From: Rebecca billardiae RCC1528
Lineage: Eukaryota; Protista; Haptophyta
Direction of reading: 5' to 3'
Length of the DNA stretch: 64,000 nt
Assembly (NCBI GenBank): GCA_965240325.2
Contig: OZ251222.1
Location: 496,001 to 560,000 of the forward strand
Part shown: positions 1 through 9,640 of the stretch, in pieces
Layout: each line of letters starts with the position of its first letter
Numbering within the stretch: the first letter of the stretch is position 1
Translations under genes and position numbers: made by a program
Notes under the pieces: model-generated
The model's database searches: none
Told to the model about the DNA's origin: nothing
The model's input: only the letters and a program-made list of their open reading frames with translations

Positions 1-349
1 GCTCGGGGCCAAGACGTAAGTCGTTACGGAGCTGGGCCTGGGCCGGGGCCGGTGGACCGGAGCCGGCCCGAGCCAAAGCCCGTTGCCACTGAAGGCACTC
101 GCCCGCATCAGATGACTCGGCAGTCAGTCTACGCGGAGTAGACAGTATGAGTAGTACGGGTGCTTGCGGAGCGAGTGTGCTGAAGCTCACGAAGGGTCAG
201 TCACGGAGCTGCCCATGATAAAGCCATCTTTGAAACTGTCAGTGTCAGTCAGCTGCGACGGACCCTCGCAACGGTTGCGACAATGACATCGGCTGACGGC
301 AGCCCTGCTGGCTACCGCCCGTCCGGGCTGAGCCGACGCGCCCGTCGGC

Positions 350-1915
350 TCAGCCGACGCGGATGTCATCGAAGCGCACGTCGTCGAGCTGGACAGTGTC
401 CGCGCTGCCAAACGCGAGCGCGCGCCCCGCCGTGCTGCGCTTGGTCACCAGCGCGTCCGGCGGCGGCGGCGGCGGCCGTTGCGCGCTCGCCCGACCGAGC
501 GTGGGCATCGTCGGCGCGCGCACCAGCCGGTGCTTGGCTGTGGGCGCGAGCCCGTGCCGCTGCTCTGCCGCCTCGGCCGCGGCGAACGGCTTCGTCTTGG
601 TCGTGCTGAACCCCGGCGAGCGCGTCAACGCGCGCACCATGCCCGGGCGCTCGGCAGCGGCCGCCCGGCCGTTGAGCGCGCTCGCGCCGAGGGCGCGCAG
701 CGCCGGCCTCGGCCGGAAGCGCGGGCGGGCGACGCGCTGGATGGTGACGGCGGCGGCGCGGTGGCGCGCAAGCTCGCGCCGCGCACGCGCCGCGCGAGCC
801 GCCGCCTGCAGGCGCGTCGCCGCCCGCCGCGCCCGCGCCAAGCGCACGCGCGCCCGCCGGGCGCGCGCGTGCGCCTGGCAGCGCACGGCCGCGCGCCGCA
901 GCTTGAGCTGCTGCCGCCGCTCGATGATGGCGGCCATCTCCTCGTCGGCGGCGGAGGGCGCGGCGGCGAGGGGCGGCGGGCTGGACGCGCCGAAGCCGGG
1001 CCCGCCGCCGAACGGCCACGTGCGCTTCCGCGCGGGCTGCGCCGCCGCCTGCACCACGTTGGTCAGCGCGCCGGCCGCGTAGTAGAAGCGCGGGTCTCCC
1101 TCCGGAACGATTGCGGCGACTTCGCGCAGCATGGCGAGGAGCTGGGGCTGCTTGCGGAGGAGAGCGACGTACGCGGGGAGGGCGGAGAGGTTCTGCATCG
1201 TGGCGAGCGCGTACGACTGCACCTCGTCGTCCGTGACGCACGGCGCGAGCCGCGCCAGAAGCTCGAGCGCTCCGGCGCGGACCGCGAGCGCGTGCCCTCC
1301 GATGTACAGCAGGTTGGCGACGGCGGAGAGGCCGACGGCAACCACCTTGGGCTCGGCGAGGTTGAGGACGGGGATACGTGGGGCGCCATCGTCGTCTGCC
1401 GCGCCGATCGCGCCGAGGCTCGCGCCGCCCGCGCGCTCCCGCTCGGCCGGCGCGCTGAGGGCGTCGATGGTCGAGATCAAGGCGGGGACGACTGCAGAGC
1501 GCGAGATCGCGCCGAGCTGCGAGGGCTCGGCGCGGCGCATGAAGTGAGCGAGCTGGAGCAGCGCCTCGCGTTGCCGTGGCAGCGACTCGCCCGGCCGCGT
1601 GCCCACCGCTGGCCGCAGCTCGTGCGCCGTGACGCGCAGCATTGCGAGCGTGTGCGCCTGCTGCTGCGCTCCAAACGGTCGCGGCAGGCGCCAGCCCGTG
1701 CGCGCGAGCTGGGCACGGGACGCGCTCGGGCCGTTTGGCCGAGCCTTGGCGCCAGTGTCGCGCCTGGCAAGCCCGCCGCTGCCGCCCATGGCGCCACTCG
1801 GCGCGGCGGCCGCGCCCGCCGCGTGAGGCGCGACGCCGAGCGAGCTCTTCCGCATCATTCGAGCTCGAACGCCCTGTCTGAGCGTGGCCGCCGCCGTTTC
1901 ACCGTCTTCTCCCAT
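350..1915 (-). CDS. Armadillo-repeat protein with C-terminal IQ (calmodulin-binding)-like motifs
   Basis: ORF 350..2044; likely start MGEDGE at 1915. ARM-like helices (GALELLARL..DDEVQSYALATMQNLS, YYAAGALTNV) followed by three IQ-like motifs (AAVRCQAHARARRAR, AATRLQAAARAARARR, AAVTIQRVAR). Confidence 0.65.
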   Translation of the reverse strand: MGEDGETAAATLRQGVRARMMRKSSLGVAPHAAGAAAAPSGAMGGSGGLARRDTGAKARPNGPSASRAQLARTGWRLPRPFGAQQQAHTLAMLRVTAHELRPAVGTRPGESLPRQREALLQLAHFMRRAEPSQLGAISRSAVVPALISTIDALSAPAERERAGGASLGAIGAADDDGAPRIPVLNLAEPKVVAVGLSAVANLLYIGGHALAVRAGALELLARLAPCVTDDEVQSYALATMQNLSALPAYVALLRKQPQLLAMLREVAAIVPEGDPRFYYAAGALTNVVQAAAQPARKRTWPFGGGPGFGASSPPPLAAAPSAADEEMAAIIERRQQLKLRRAAVRCQAHARARRARVRLARARRAATRLQAAARAARARRELARHRAAAVTIQRVARPRFRPRPALRALGASALNGRAAAAERPGMVRALTRSPGFSTTKTKPFAAAEAAEQRHGLAPTAKHRLVRAPTMPTLGRASAQRPPPPPPDALVTKRSTAGRALAFGSADTVQLDDVRFDDIRVG

Positions 1916-2830
1916 AGCTAAAGCGCCTGACGAATTCGGACGACGAAACGGCTGAAAATGGCCGCCCGTCCCGTCCTCACATCCACCTGCGCAGTCGTGC
2001 GCACCCCTTGCGGTCACACGGCTTTCTGAGCGTACAAAATGCACGGACGTACCGTACCATTGCGGCGCAACGCAGATCTGGCGCGCGGCGCGTCATCGAC
2101 TCGTCGGCGTTGGGCAGGATGCGCAAACTTGTGTAGCGGTGTAGCTGTGTCCCGTCTCGCGATCATGCACAGCGCGCACGGCGCTGCTACGCCCAGCAGC
2201 AGTTCAGCTGACCGCACAGCACTCAGCGTCACCGCGACACATTCACTTCAGCTGGCAGCCAAGACAAGTCAGCGCGTGGTCGCACGTGTTGTCTGCCTAC
2301 TTCTGATACCGTTCGCTCGGGTAGTACTAGTGCCGGGCTGCGCACAGCGAGTATTCAATCCCGTACAACAAGATCTGACCTCATGGCCGTGCCGCGTGAG
2401 GGAGATGGCACTCGGGCGTGGGTTTCTTCTCTCTCGTAGGCGGCGAGCTCGGAATACTCAGTCACGTTGCACTGCCACGGCGCAAGCGCGCGGGGTCAGC
2501 GGCACTGACCGTCGTGAACGGTACTGCCACTCAGCAAGCCCGCGTAGCCGTGCGGGCGCGTGCGAATGTACACGCGGGGTGGAATGCCTACGTTGCGACT
2601 TGCGTCCTGTACAGCCAGGGCAGTGCCGGTGTTGGCTTGATGTGCGGCCGGGACACCAGCACTCGCCTCATGGCGAGGCTTGCCCACGCCGGGCCATCTT
2701 GGCGTGCACCGATTCCATGATCCGCCATTTTCATCGATTTGTTTCGCCGCGAGGGCGCGAGTCCGGTGCTGAGCACCCCTCCGGCCCGCCCGGGCGGTGG
2801 GCGCCTCTCGCGCTTGCGACCAGCGTCCGC

Positions 2831-3721
2831 ATGCTGCTGTTGGGGGCGCTCGCCCTGGCGGCGGCCGCCGCCGATCCGGGTGGCAGCGACGTGCGCGCGT
2901 CGTTCCCGCCCGAGGTGCTGCACAACGTTCTCCGAGCGCGTGGCCTCACCTGCGAAGGCTGCTCACAGGACGCGCTGATGGACAAAATCCGCAGCAGTGA
3001 TGACGTTGGCCGCAAGCTGGCTTCTGGCGGCAACCTTGCCGTGCTCGTGCGCTACTGGTGCGTCTGCACGCCGTAGCGCCGCTGCGGTGGTACGCACGGG
3101 ATTTGGCTCCGTGCTGCACGCAGTGCGCGCGCACGCGTGCCGCGCCCCGCGCCCTGCCGCTCACACGCGATCGCGCTTGCGCGCGCTCTTGCCCCAGCGC
3201 TGCGTGAGGGTACGGGCGGGCGTTCGAGCAGTTCCGACTGTTCGTACGTCGTGAGTTCCCGCACGCCAGCTTCGACGGCGCCATCATGCCGCCAGGCTGG
3301 CTCGCGGAGACAGTATCGCGCATGATGCAGATGGGCTTCCTCGCCAGCATGGTCGCCTCGTTTGCGGGTGAGTGGGTGCTCCCGCCGCCCCTTGCCGCCA
3401 TCCTGAACGAGAATAAGGGCGCGGCGCTGATGGCGGGCATGGGGATGAATATGGTGTCCAGCAAGCTCGTCTCCACCGGCGCCTTCGAGGTCCTCGTGAA
3501 CGGCATCCCGATCCACTCAAAGGTGCCAGCACGCTGGCCCGCGCGCGGTGCTCATGCGCCCAGCCCCGCACTCCCTCGGCCCGGGACTCACACGCAGCTG
3601 TCCCGCCCTGCGTCACGCCCGCACCACATGCGCTCTCCCCCGCGCGCAGCTCGAGTCTGGTCGTATGCCTGTGGTGGAGGACGCCATCATGGACATCCAC
3701 AGGTTAACTGCCTCCAAGTAG
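2831..3721 (+). CDS. SELENOT: Selenoprotein T-like (Rdx family) with in-frame UGA=Sec; exons 2831-3057, 3198-3522, 3650-3721
   Basis: Signal peptide MLLLGALALAAAAA. Splicing of intron 3058-3197 gives VRY-C-A-A-U(TGA 3205-3207)-GYGRAFEQF. Hydrophobic central region, then STGAFEVLVNGIPIHSK|LESGRMP, typical of SelT. SECIS downstream. Confidence 0.92.
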
Positions 3722-3812
3722 CTGAGGTCCCAAGACATCGACTACTACGGACAAGGCTATCTATGTTGATAGCGACTGCAAACCTGCAGCCAGGCCCAGC
3801 GTCAAGCCCCTC

Positions 3813-3900
3813 CCAGCCCTGCAATGACGAGCTGCGCCCAAACCAGCCACTGCCTCGTGGCGCAGCTCCGATGATGGATGCCAAATCTGAAATGGGCTGT
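3813..3900 (+). promoter_or_regulatory. Eukaryotic SECIS element in the 3' UTR of the SelT gene
   Basis: ATGAC (3824-3828), perfect 10-bp helix GAGCTGCGCC (3829-3838)/GGCGCAGCTC (3859-3868), unpaired AAA (3840-3842) 12 nt after ATGA, and CGAT (3869-3872) completing the non-Watson-Crick core. Possible lower helix CAGCCC/GGGCTG. Confidence 0.9.
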
Positions 3901-4868
3901 TGGCTGATGGCTTGACGGCTGTGGCCATTCCTTGCCGCTGACCGACACGGGTCACTCGGTCACCGGGGCACGGTCACGGACGCGACGGCCTGACGGACCC
4001 GATGGCACCCATGACCGTGTCCCGGTGTACAGTAACCGTGTCCGTGATGTCGCGTGGCATGTCAGCAGCATGTCTGATGAGGCTTCCGTTATTCCGAAGG
4101 CTTGACCGGACTCAGTCAGACGTGAGTCGGACCGTCGTGATCCGCCGTCCGCGACACCGGACACGCGATCGACCAATGCTGGACCACAGATGCCAGATCC
4201 ACTCACGACTCAACCTCACGAGTCACGTCATCTGATGGTGATGACGTCGGCACTGCCACTACTGCCAGTACTGGCGACCTCGTCTCGTGAGTGTGACTCG
4301 ACGACTCGATCCGCGGCCGTTGCCGTTGGCGTTGGCAACACGTTGGCAGTCTGACTACTCGGTCTGTACTCTGAGCGTCGTTGCCACTAACTCATCAGCA
4401 GAGCCAAACTGAATCGCGGATGAAAGTGAAACCGTCCGGTCAGCCACGGCTCACCACGCTTCCTCGAGCTCCATCCAGATACTGAGCCAGAGTCCAGACC
4501 CAGAGACCGAGAGTCATACTGTGAGCCGATATGATCGAGCATCGACTCTAGAAGAAAGAGAGGTCGCGGCGCGGTCCGCCCGCGGTCCGGCCCACTGCCC
4601 AGCCCCCAGGCGGCGGCGTATGCGGATGGGCGCCCCTGCATGACAGCCAGGCTGTCGGAGCGCGTGGACTGGCGGGCTGGTCTTCGTCGCTCCTCTCCCG
4701 GGCGAGATTTTGACCGAGAGCGAGACTGCTTGCACGCGACACGCTGGCCGTGCACGGAGTTGGCCAGTGGTGTCTGGTCCGACTACTCCGACTGGCGAGT
4801 GGCCTCACCCCACCCATGGTGGCGCACGATCATCGTGAGTGCCCATGGCCCTGGGTGGAACAGTCCAA

Positions 4869-6566
4869 CTAGTTGAGGCTGCTGTACTCGACGTCGTTCG
4901 TCTCGGGCCGGTACACCATCCACGACAGCTCGGCCAAGAAGTTGCCCGGGTTGAACGCTTCGCAGCCCGCGTACGCAAGCTTGTAGTTGGGGTAGCTGTC
5001 CGCGAGCACGAGCGCGTCAGGCGCGCACGGCAGCTGCAGCGAGTGGTCGAACGCCCAGTACACGGGGTACTCGGACTGCAGCGTCGGCCGGACGTGCGCT
5101 TGGTCGATGATGGTCTTGACGAGCTGTGCGCCGCGCGGGACGCGGCGCGAGCGCGCGTGCGGGCACTGCTGCGTCAGCACGTGCGGCGCGGGGGGTTGCC
5201 GGCGTGCGCCCGCGCGGCGCGCGGCGCGCACGTGTTCGCCAATGTTGCTCGTGTCGGTCAGGTTGGGCTCGACGACGGCGTTGCGGCGCATGTGGCTCAC
5301 GAGGTCGTCGCGGAAGATGACGGCCTCGCGCCCGAAGAAGCGCACGCGCGCTGGGCTCGACGCGAGGTGCACGTTGGGCACCTTGTCCACGAGCGGCTGC
5401 GCGAACGCGCGCGGCAGCGCCGAGCGCGGCAGCACCTCAGGCGGGCCGAGCAGCGCGTCGTGCGGGCCGGGGACGAGCACGAAGTGCGCGTGCTGCGCGA
5501 GCGCGGGCCGCCGGCGGATCATCTCGGCCAGCTTGGTGAAGAGCTTCGGCAGCGTGCTCATCTCGCGCCCCGCGATCGGCTCGGCGGTGAAGTTGCCGCA
5601 CAGGACGAAGACCAGAGAGGCCGCGACCAGGTGTCCAGCGAACACCTCGCTCTCTTCGGCGCCCACCGCCTCGTACCCGTCGAGGAGCTGCTCGAGGCCG
5701 GCGAGCACGTCGTCGCGGTCGAGCCAGCAGTCCGACACGACGATCATCATCGCGTCCCCCGCCGAGCGCTGCAGCTCCTCGCGCTCGGCCGTGCTCGTGG
5801 CCGCCCCGCCAAACGCGTTGATGCCGTCGTACGCCACGCGCGTGCTCTCGCGCGGCTCGGGCGGCGGGAAGGCGAGCACCTTGACCTCGAAGACGCCGTT
5901 GGGGTTGATCTCGCCCTCGCAGAGCACGACGCACCCCAGCGTGAACAGCCCCGACGTGACGTGCGCGCCGCTCAGGTCGACGGGCACGAGGCCGCTCAGG
6001 TCTTCGAGGTGGTACACACCCTCGACCGGCTCCGAGAGGAGCCCGAGCACGCACTGCACGCTCGTCGAGCCCGCGAGGGCCTCGACGTCGGTGAGCTGCA
6101 GGTAGTCGGCCCCGCTCGCGAGGTGCTCGAGCGCCGGGCGCCGGAAGTGCCGGTCGCGCAGCAGCCGCTGCCGAAGCATCTGGAGGCGCGAGGCGAACAC
6201 GTCGCGCTGCGCGTCCGCGCCTGCGTGCATCACGCGCTTCACGCCGACCGCGGAGAATGCGCGGCGCGCGGCGTCGAAGGCGAGCTTGGGGGCGGCGAGC
6301 GCGTCGATCACCTCGAACACGCGCCCCGTCGGCTCCCTCCCATCGCCCCTGTCGCGCAGCACGTTGATGGCCGCCTGCACGCGGCGCGCGTCGACGACGC
6401 CGTTCGGCACCGTCTCCTTGCGCACCTCCTCGAGGATGAGCTTCGCCACCTCGAGGGGCTGTTCGCAGGGGCTGATCGTCTCTGTGACGATGCTGAGCGC
6501 CTCGGGCCGAAGGCTCAGCCCGCGCATCCGGAAGAGCTGCACCAGGCGCTGCCGAGGAACCACCAT
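4869..6566 (-). CDS. POLE2: DNA polymerase epsilon subunit 2 (Dpb2); one in-frame intron 5124-5231
   Basis: Motifs LRQRLLR, YHLEDLSG, GLFTLGCVVLCEG, VSDCWLD, FVLCGNF, FVLVPGPHD, PVYWAFDHSL, PDALVLAD, FNPGNF. The 108-nt GTGCGC..CAG intron explains a low-complexity insert. Confidence 0.95.
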   Translation of the reverse strand: MVVPRQRLVQLFRMRGLSLRPEALSIVTETISPCEQPLEVAKLILEEVRKETVPNGVVDARRVQAAINVLRDRGDGREPTGRVFEVIDALAAPKLAFDAARRAFSAVGVKRVMHAGADAQRDVFASRLQMLRQRLLRDRHFRRPALEHLASGADYLQLTDVEALAGSTSVQCVLGLLSEPVEGVYHLEDLSGLVPVDLSGAHVTSGLFTLGCVVLCEGEINPNGVFEVKVLAFPPPEPRESTRVAYDGINAFGGAATSTAEREELQRSAGDAMMIVVSDCWLDRDDVLAGLEQLLDGYEAVGAEESEVFAGHLVAASLVFVLCGNFTAEPIAGREMSTLPKLFTKLAEMIRRRPALAQHAHFVLVPGPHDALLGPPEVLPRSALPRAFAQPLVDKVPNVHLASSPARVRFFGREAVIFRDDLVSHMRRNAVVEPNLTDTSNIGEHVRAARRAGARRQPPAPHVLTQQCPHARSRRVPRGAQLVKTIIDQAHVRPTLQSEYPVYWAFDHSLQLPCAPDALVLADSYPNYKLAYAGCEAFNPGNFLAELSWMVYRPETNDVEYSSLN

Positions 6567-7997
6567 CGTCGCTGGTCGACGAGAGAGTGACCGTTGGCCA
6601 CATTACTTACGAAGAAATATATGTCCGGGCCGGCGGACGAAACACGAGCTCACTCCACACTGGCGACCAGGCTGGCAGGCACCAAGCGTTGATCACTGAT
6701 CAGGTAGCTGCACTCCGCCCGTCTCCGCGGCCGGCCTCGTGCCAACCTACAGTCCGGGCTGCAGCTGTCGTTATCATCGGCATGCTGCTGGTATTAGTTA
6801 CGCGCCTCGCGTGAGTCGCGGCCATCACTCATCAGCGGATCATCGGAGTGATGCCGCGGTCGGGGCTGACGGCGGAGGGCCGCGGAACCACTAGTCACTA
6901 CTCAATACTCTACCAGTAGTCTCACTCGGAGTGACTCACTCCGACTCAGTCGCCATATGCCTTACTCCATGAGTGAGTCACTTCGCAGCCGTTGCGCGGA
7001 CTGCGCCTGACAGGCTGCGGAGTGCGGGGGCGGACGGCGACGCGTTCTGGCCCCGGCGCCTCAGGCCGGCCAGGGTCGGGGCCGGGGGCCTGGGAGTGGG
7101 AAGTGGGAGTGGGACCGGGCGCCTTGTGAGTTGTGTCTTAGTGACACTGACAAGTCACAAAGTACTGCTAAGTCTCAGTCGTAAAATATAGCTATCGTAA
7201 CTGACTGCCGTGCCCGGCAGTACTACAGTACAGTCTGTAGTAGTTAACAGTGTTACCGTCAACGCTCGGTCAATCAGCGCAGTCGGCAGTAGCTGCAGCT
7301 ACTGAGTTATTGCTACTCAGCCTTGCTATTCGTACTAACGATGGCGGGCTGTTCCTCATTCACGGCCGATTCAGTCCTAGCTTAAGCTGCTGACGACCGT
7401 TTTTATACAATACGTATGAGTCAATGAGACACGACTGACCCGGGTCAGTAGTGTCTCGTTACTGCATGTCGTACTATTTTGTCCCGAAATCGGGCGGCCG
7501 AATAATGACTACCACTATATATAATGTCTGACGATGTAATAACGAGATCGATCTCCGTCCCTGGGACTAGCAGCGCTAGTATATTATAATAACGCTGCTA
7601 GATGTGAACTGCGGCTCGCGCCGCCCTTCCGCCCGGGCCTTCGGCGGCGCCTCTGCTGCCTCAGCTGTACGATCCTGAGACTGTGTTGTGCGCCCCGCGG
7701 CACACTGGTTATGACAGGAAGCAGCCCCACCCAGTGACCCCGCCCAACGGCATTAATGAACTATGTTCGTACGACCGGTCAGGCGGTACCGCGCGCGCAC
7801 TGGCCACGCCCACGCGGCACGGCGCATGGCCGCGCGGCTGTGAAGTGGCGTGGCCTTGATGACTGCCCACGAGCATGCCTTTTTCGGGGCACGGCCACGG
7901 CGCACGAGCGCGGCTGATGGTGTGGCCGTGACGGCCCACGAGCATGCCTTTCTCGGCGCACAGCTCCGGGACACAGCCCATGGGCCTCTCTCTGGCT

Positions 7998-8414
7998 TCA
8001 GCCGGCCGGTGAGGTGATCTGTGGCAGCAAGCCAGCCATGCGCACGCGCGTGAAGCCACCAGCATGCATGTAGAAGTTCGGATCCAGATTATACGGCTGC
8101 ACGTGCTCGGTGCCAACCCAGCGCAGGAAGCGCCTGCCGCTGCAGAGACCTGGCTCAATATCTACGTGCTGCTGCGTACCATCTGCAAACAAGACCATGT
8201 TGAAATCTGCAGCTTGCTCAGGCGCCATGCACATGTTTACACAGCGGGAGAGCTTCAGCCCTACCCACATCGGCGAGGACTCCATATTGGATAGTACGAT
8301 GCTGTCAAAGTAGCGGTACGGCGACTCGTTCCCAGTGCAAACAAATGGCAGCTCGTCGCCTGGCTCGAGCGCGCCATCCGTGGTCACCTGGTCTGAGCGT
8401 GCACGCGACGGCAT
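7998..8414 (-). CDS. Hypothetical protein (138 aa)
   Basis: ATG-started ORF with globular, non-GC-biased composition, divergent from TRAPPC2L with 215 bp between ATGs. No family recognised. Confidence 0.5.
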   Translation of the reverse strand: MPSRARSDQVTTDGALEPGDELPFVCTGNESPYRYFDSIVLSNMESSPMWVGLKLSRCVNMCMAPEQAADFNMVLFADGTQQHVDIEPGLCSGRRFLRWVGTEHVQPYNLDPNFYMHAGGFTRVRMAGLLPQITSPAG

Positions 8415-8629
8415 CGCAAGGAAAGGGCTGGGCGATGAATCGATGATGCGGCGAGAGCTTCAAAGGCCACGGAACAAGCCCGCAAGTTGTCACGAGTGCC
8501 GCCTTCCAGCACGGCTCGGTGGCGGGACCTGTGCGCGGAGGTGCCGCTTTGTGCCTTTGTGCCGCCGGCCGGCACGCCACTTATTCGCGCGTTCCAGCGC
8601 TGCAACCTACAGCCGGCGGGAATCGCACG

Positions 8630-9061
8630 ATGGCGGCGTCATCCGTGCGGCCCAGGGTAGCTTGTGTGGCCGTGATCAGCCGCGAGAACGCGCCGCTCTT
8701 CCTGCGATGCTACGCGAAGGGGGTGGACGAGCTGCGCTTCCACTACATCGTGCATGGTGCACTTGACCTGTTCGACGAGAAGATGCGTGCGGCAGCTGGC
8801 GTTCCCAGCGATGGGTACCTCGGCCTGCTCACGCCAACAATCGACTTCCGCGTGTACGGGTACGTGACGAATACGCAGCTCAAGCTTGTAGCCGTCGTGA
8901 TTGATGAGGAGGTACGTGAAAACGACGTACGACAGCTTCTGGTCCAGCTACATTCGCTCGCCGTTGACGCGCTCTCCAACCCATTTCAAGCTGCGGGCAA
9001 GGCCATCACATCGCGCAGATTCGAGAAAGGTGTACAGCAGCTCGTGGGGGCCTCCACCTGA
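8630..9061 (+). CDS. TRAPPC2L: Trafficking protein particle complex subunit 2-like (sedlin family)
   Basis: VACVAVISRENAPLFLR, FHYIVHGALDLFDEK, YLGLL, VYGYVTNTQLKL, SNPF, ITSRRF are characteristic sedlin-like motifs. Confidence 0.92.
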   Translation: MAASSVRPRVACVAVISRENAPLFLRCYAKGVDELRFHYIVHGALDLFDEKMRAAAGVPSDGYLGLLTPTIDFRVYGYVTNTQLKLVAVVIDEEVRENDVRQLLVQLHSLAVDALSNPFQAAGKAITSRRFEKGVQQLVGAST

Positions 9062-9640
9062 GTACGGATGGTCGAGCACGGGTGCGGTGCGTGCGAGTCT
9101 AGCGTGCACGATCTGCACGTACAAATCCTTCGATGGGGTCCGGCTCATTGGCCATTCGGCGACGCCGATATGGACGAGACAGTGATGCGACGCCGGCCGG
9201 CCGGCCGCCACGACTGCACCGGAGTGGCTCGATCACGTGCTGCTGGCCTGCTGCCAATCGTCGTCAATCGTGCCGCCCGCCAACCGTGCGCACTGATTCA
9301 CTGTCGCACCACTTAGATATATTTCACGACGCGTGATGGTCGTATGCAACGGGCAGTCTGAGTCAGGCGCTGAGTGCTGAAGCTGTCAGAAGCACTCACT
9401 CAAGCAGCACGGACGTGAGACTCCGACCGACTACTAACACGTTCGTAACTACGACGCGCGCACTACGACATCCGACATCGACCGCTGAGTGATCCGACGA
9501 CATCGTCGAACCGTCATCTATAGTAGTACATCAGAGGCATAGCAATAGAGCCAGTAAGGTGCCAGTACTTTTGATTAGCCGGCGGTGGCCCGCCAGCTGC
9601 TGCCACGCGGCGTCTTCTACTGACACTGGGCCTGCTTCTG

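Noticed and set aside
2039-2830. 5' part of the 345-aa ORF, and a possible small spliced minus-strand gene (about 2450-2730)
   Set aside because: Only the part from ATG 2831 looks coding (SelT exon 1). The minus-strand model needs a very short intron and an atypical acceptor and has no recognisable homology.
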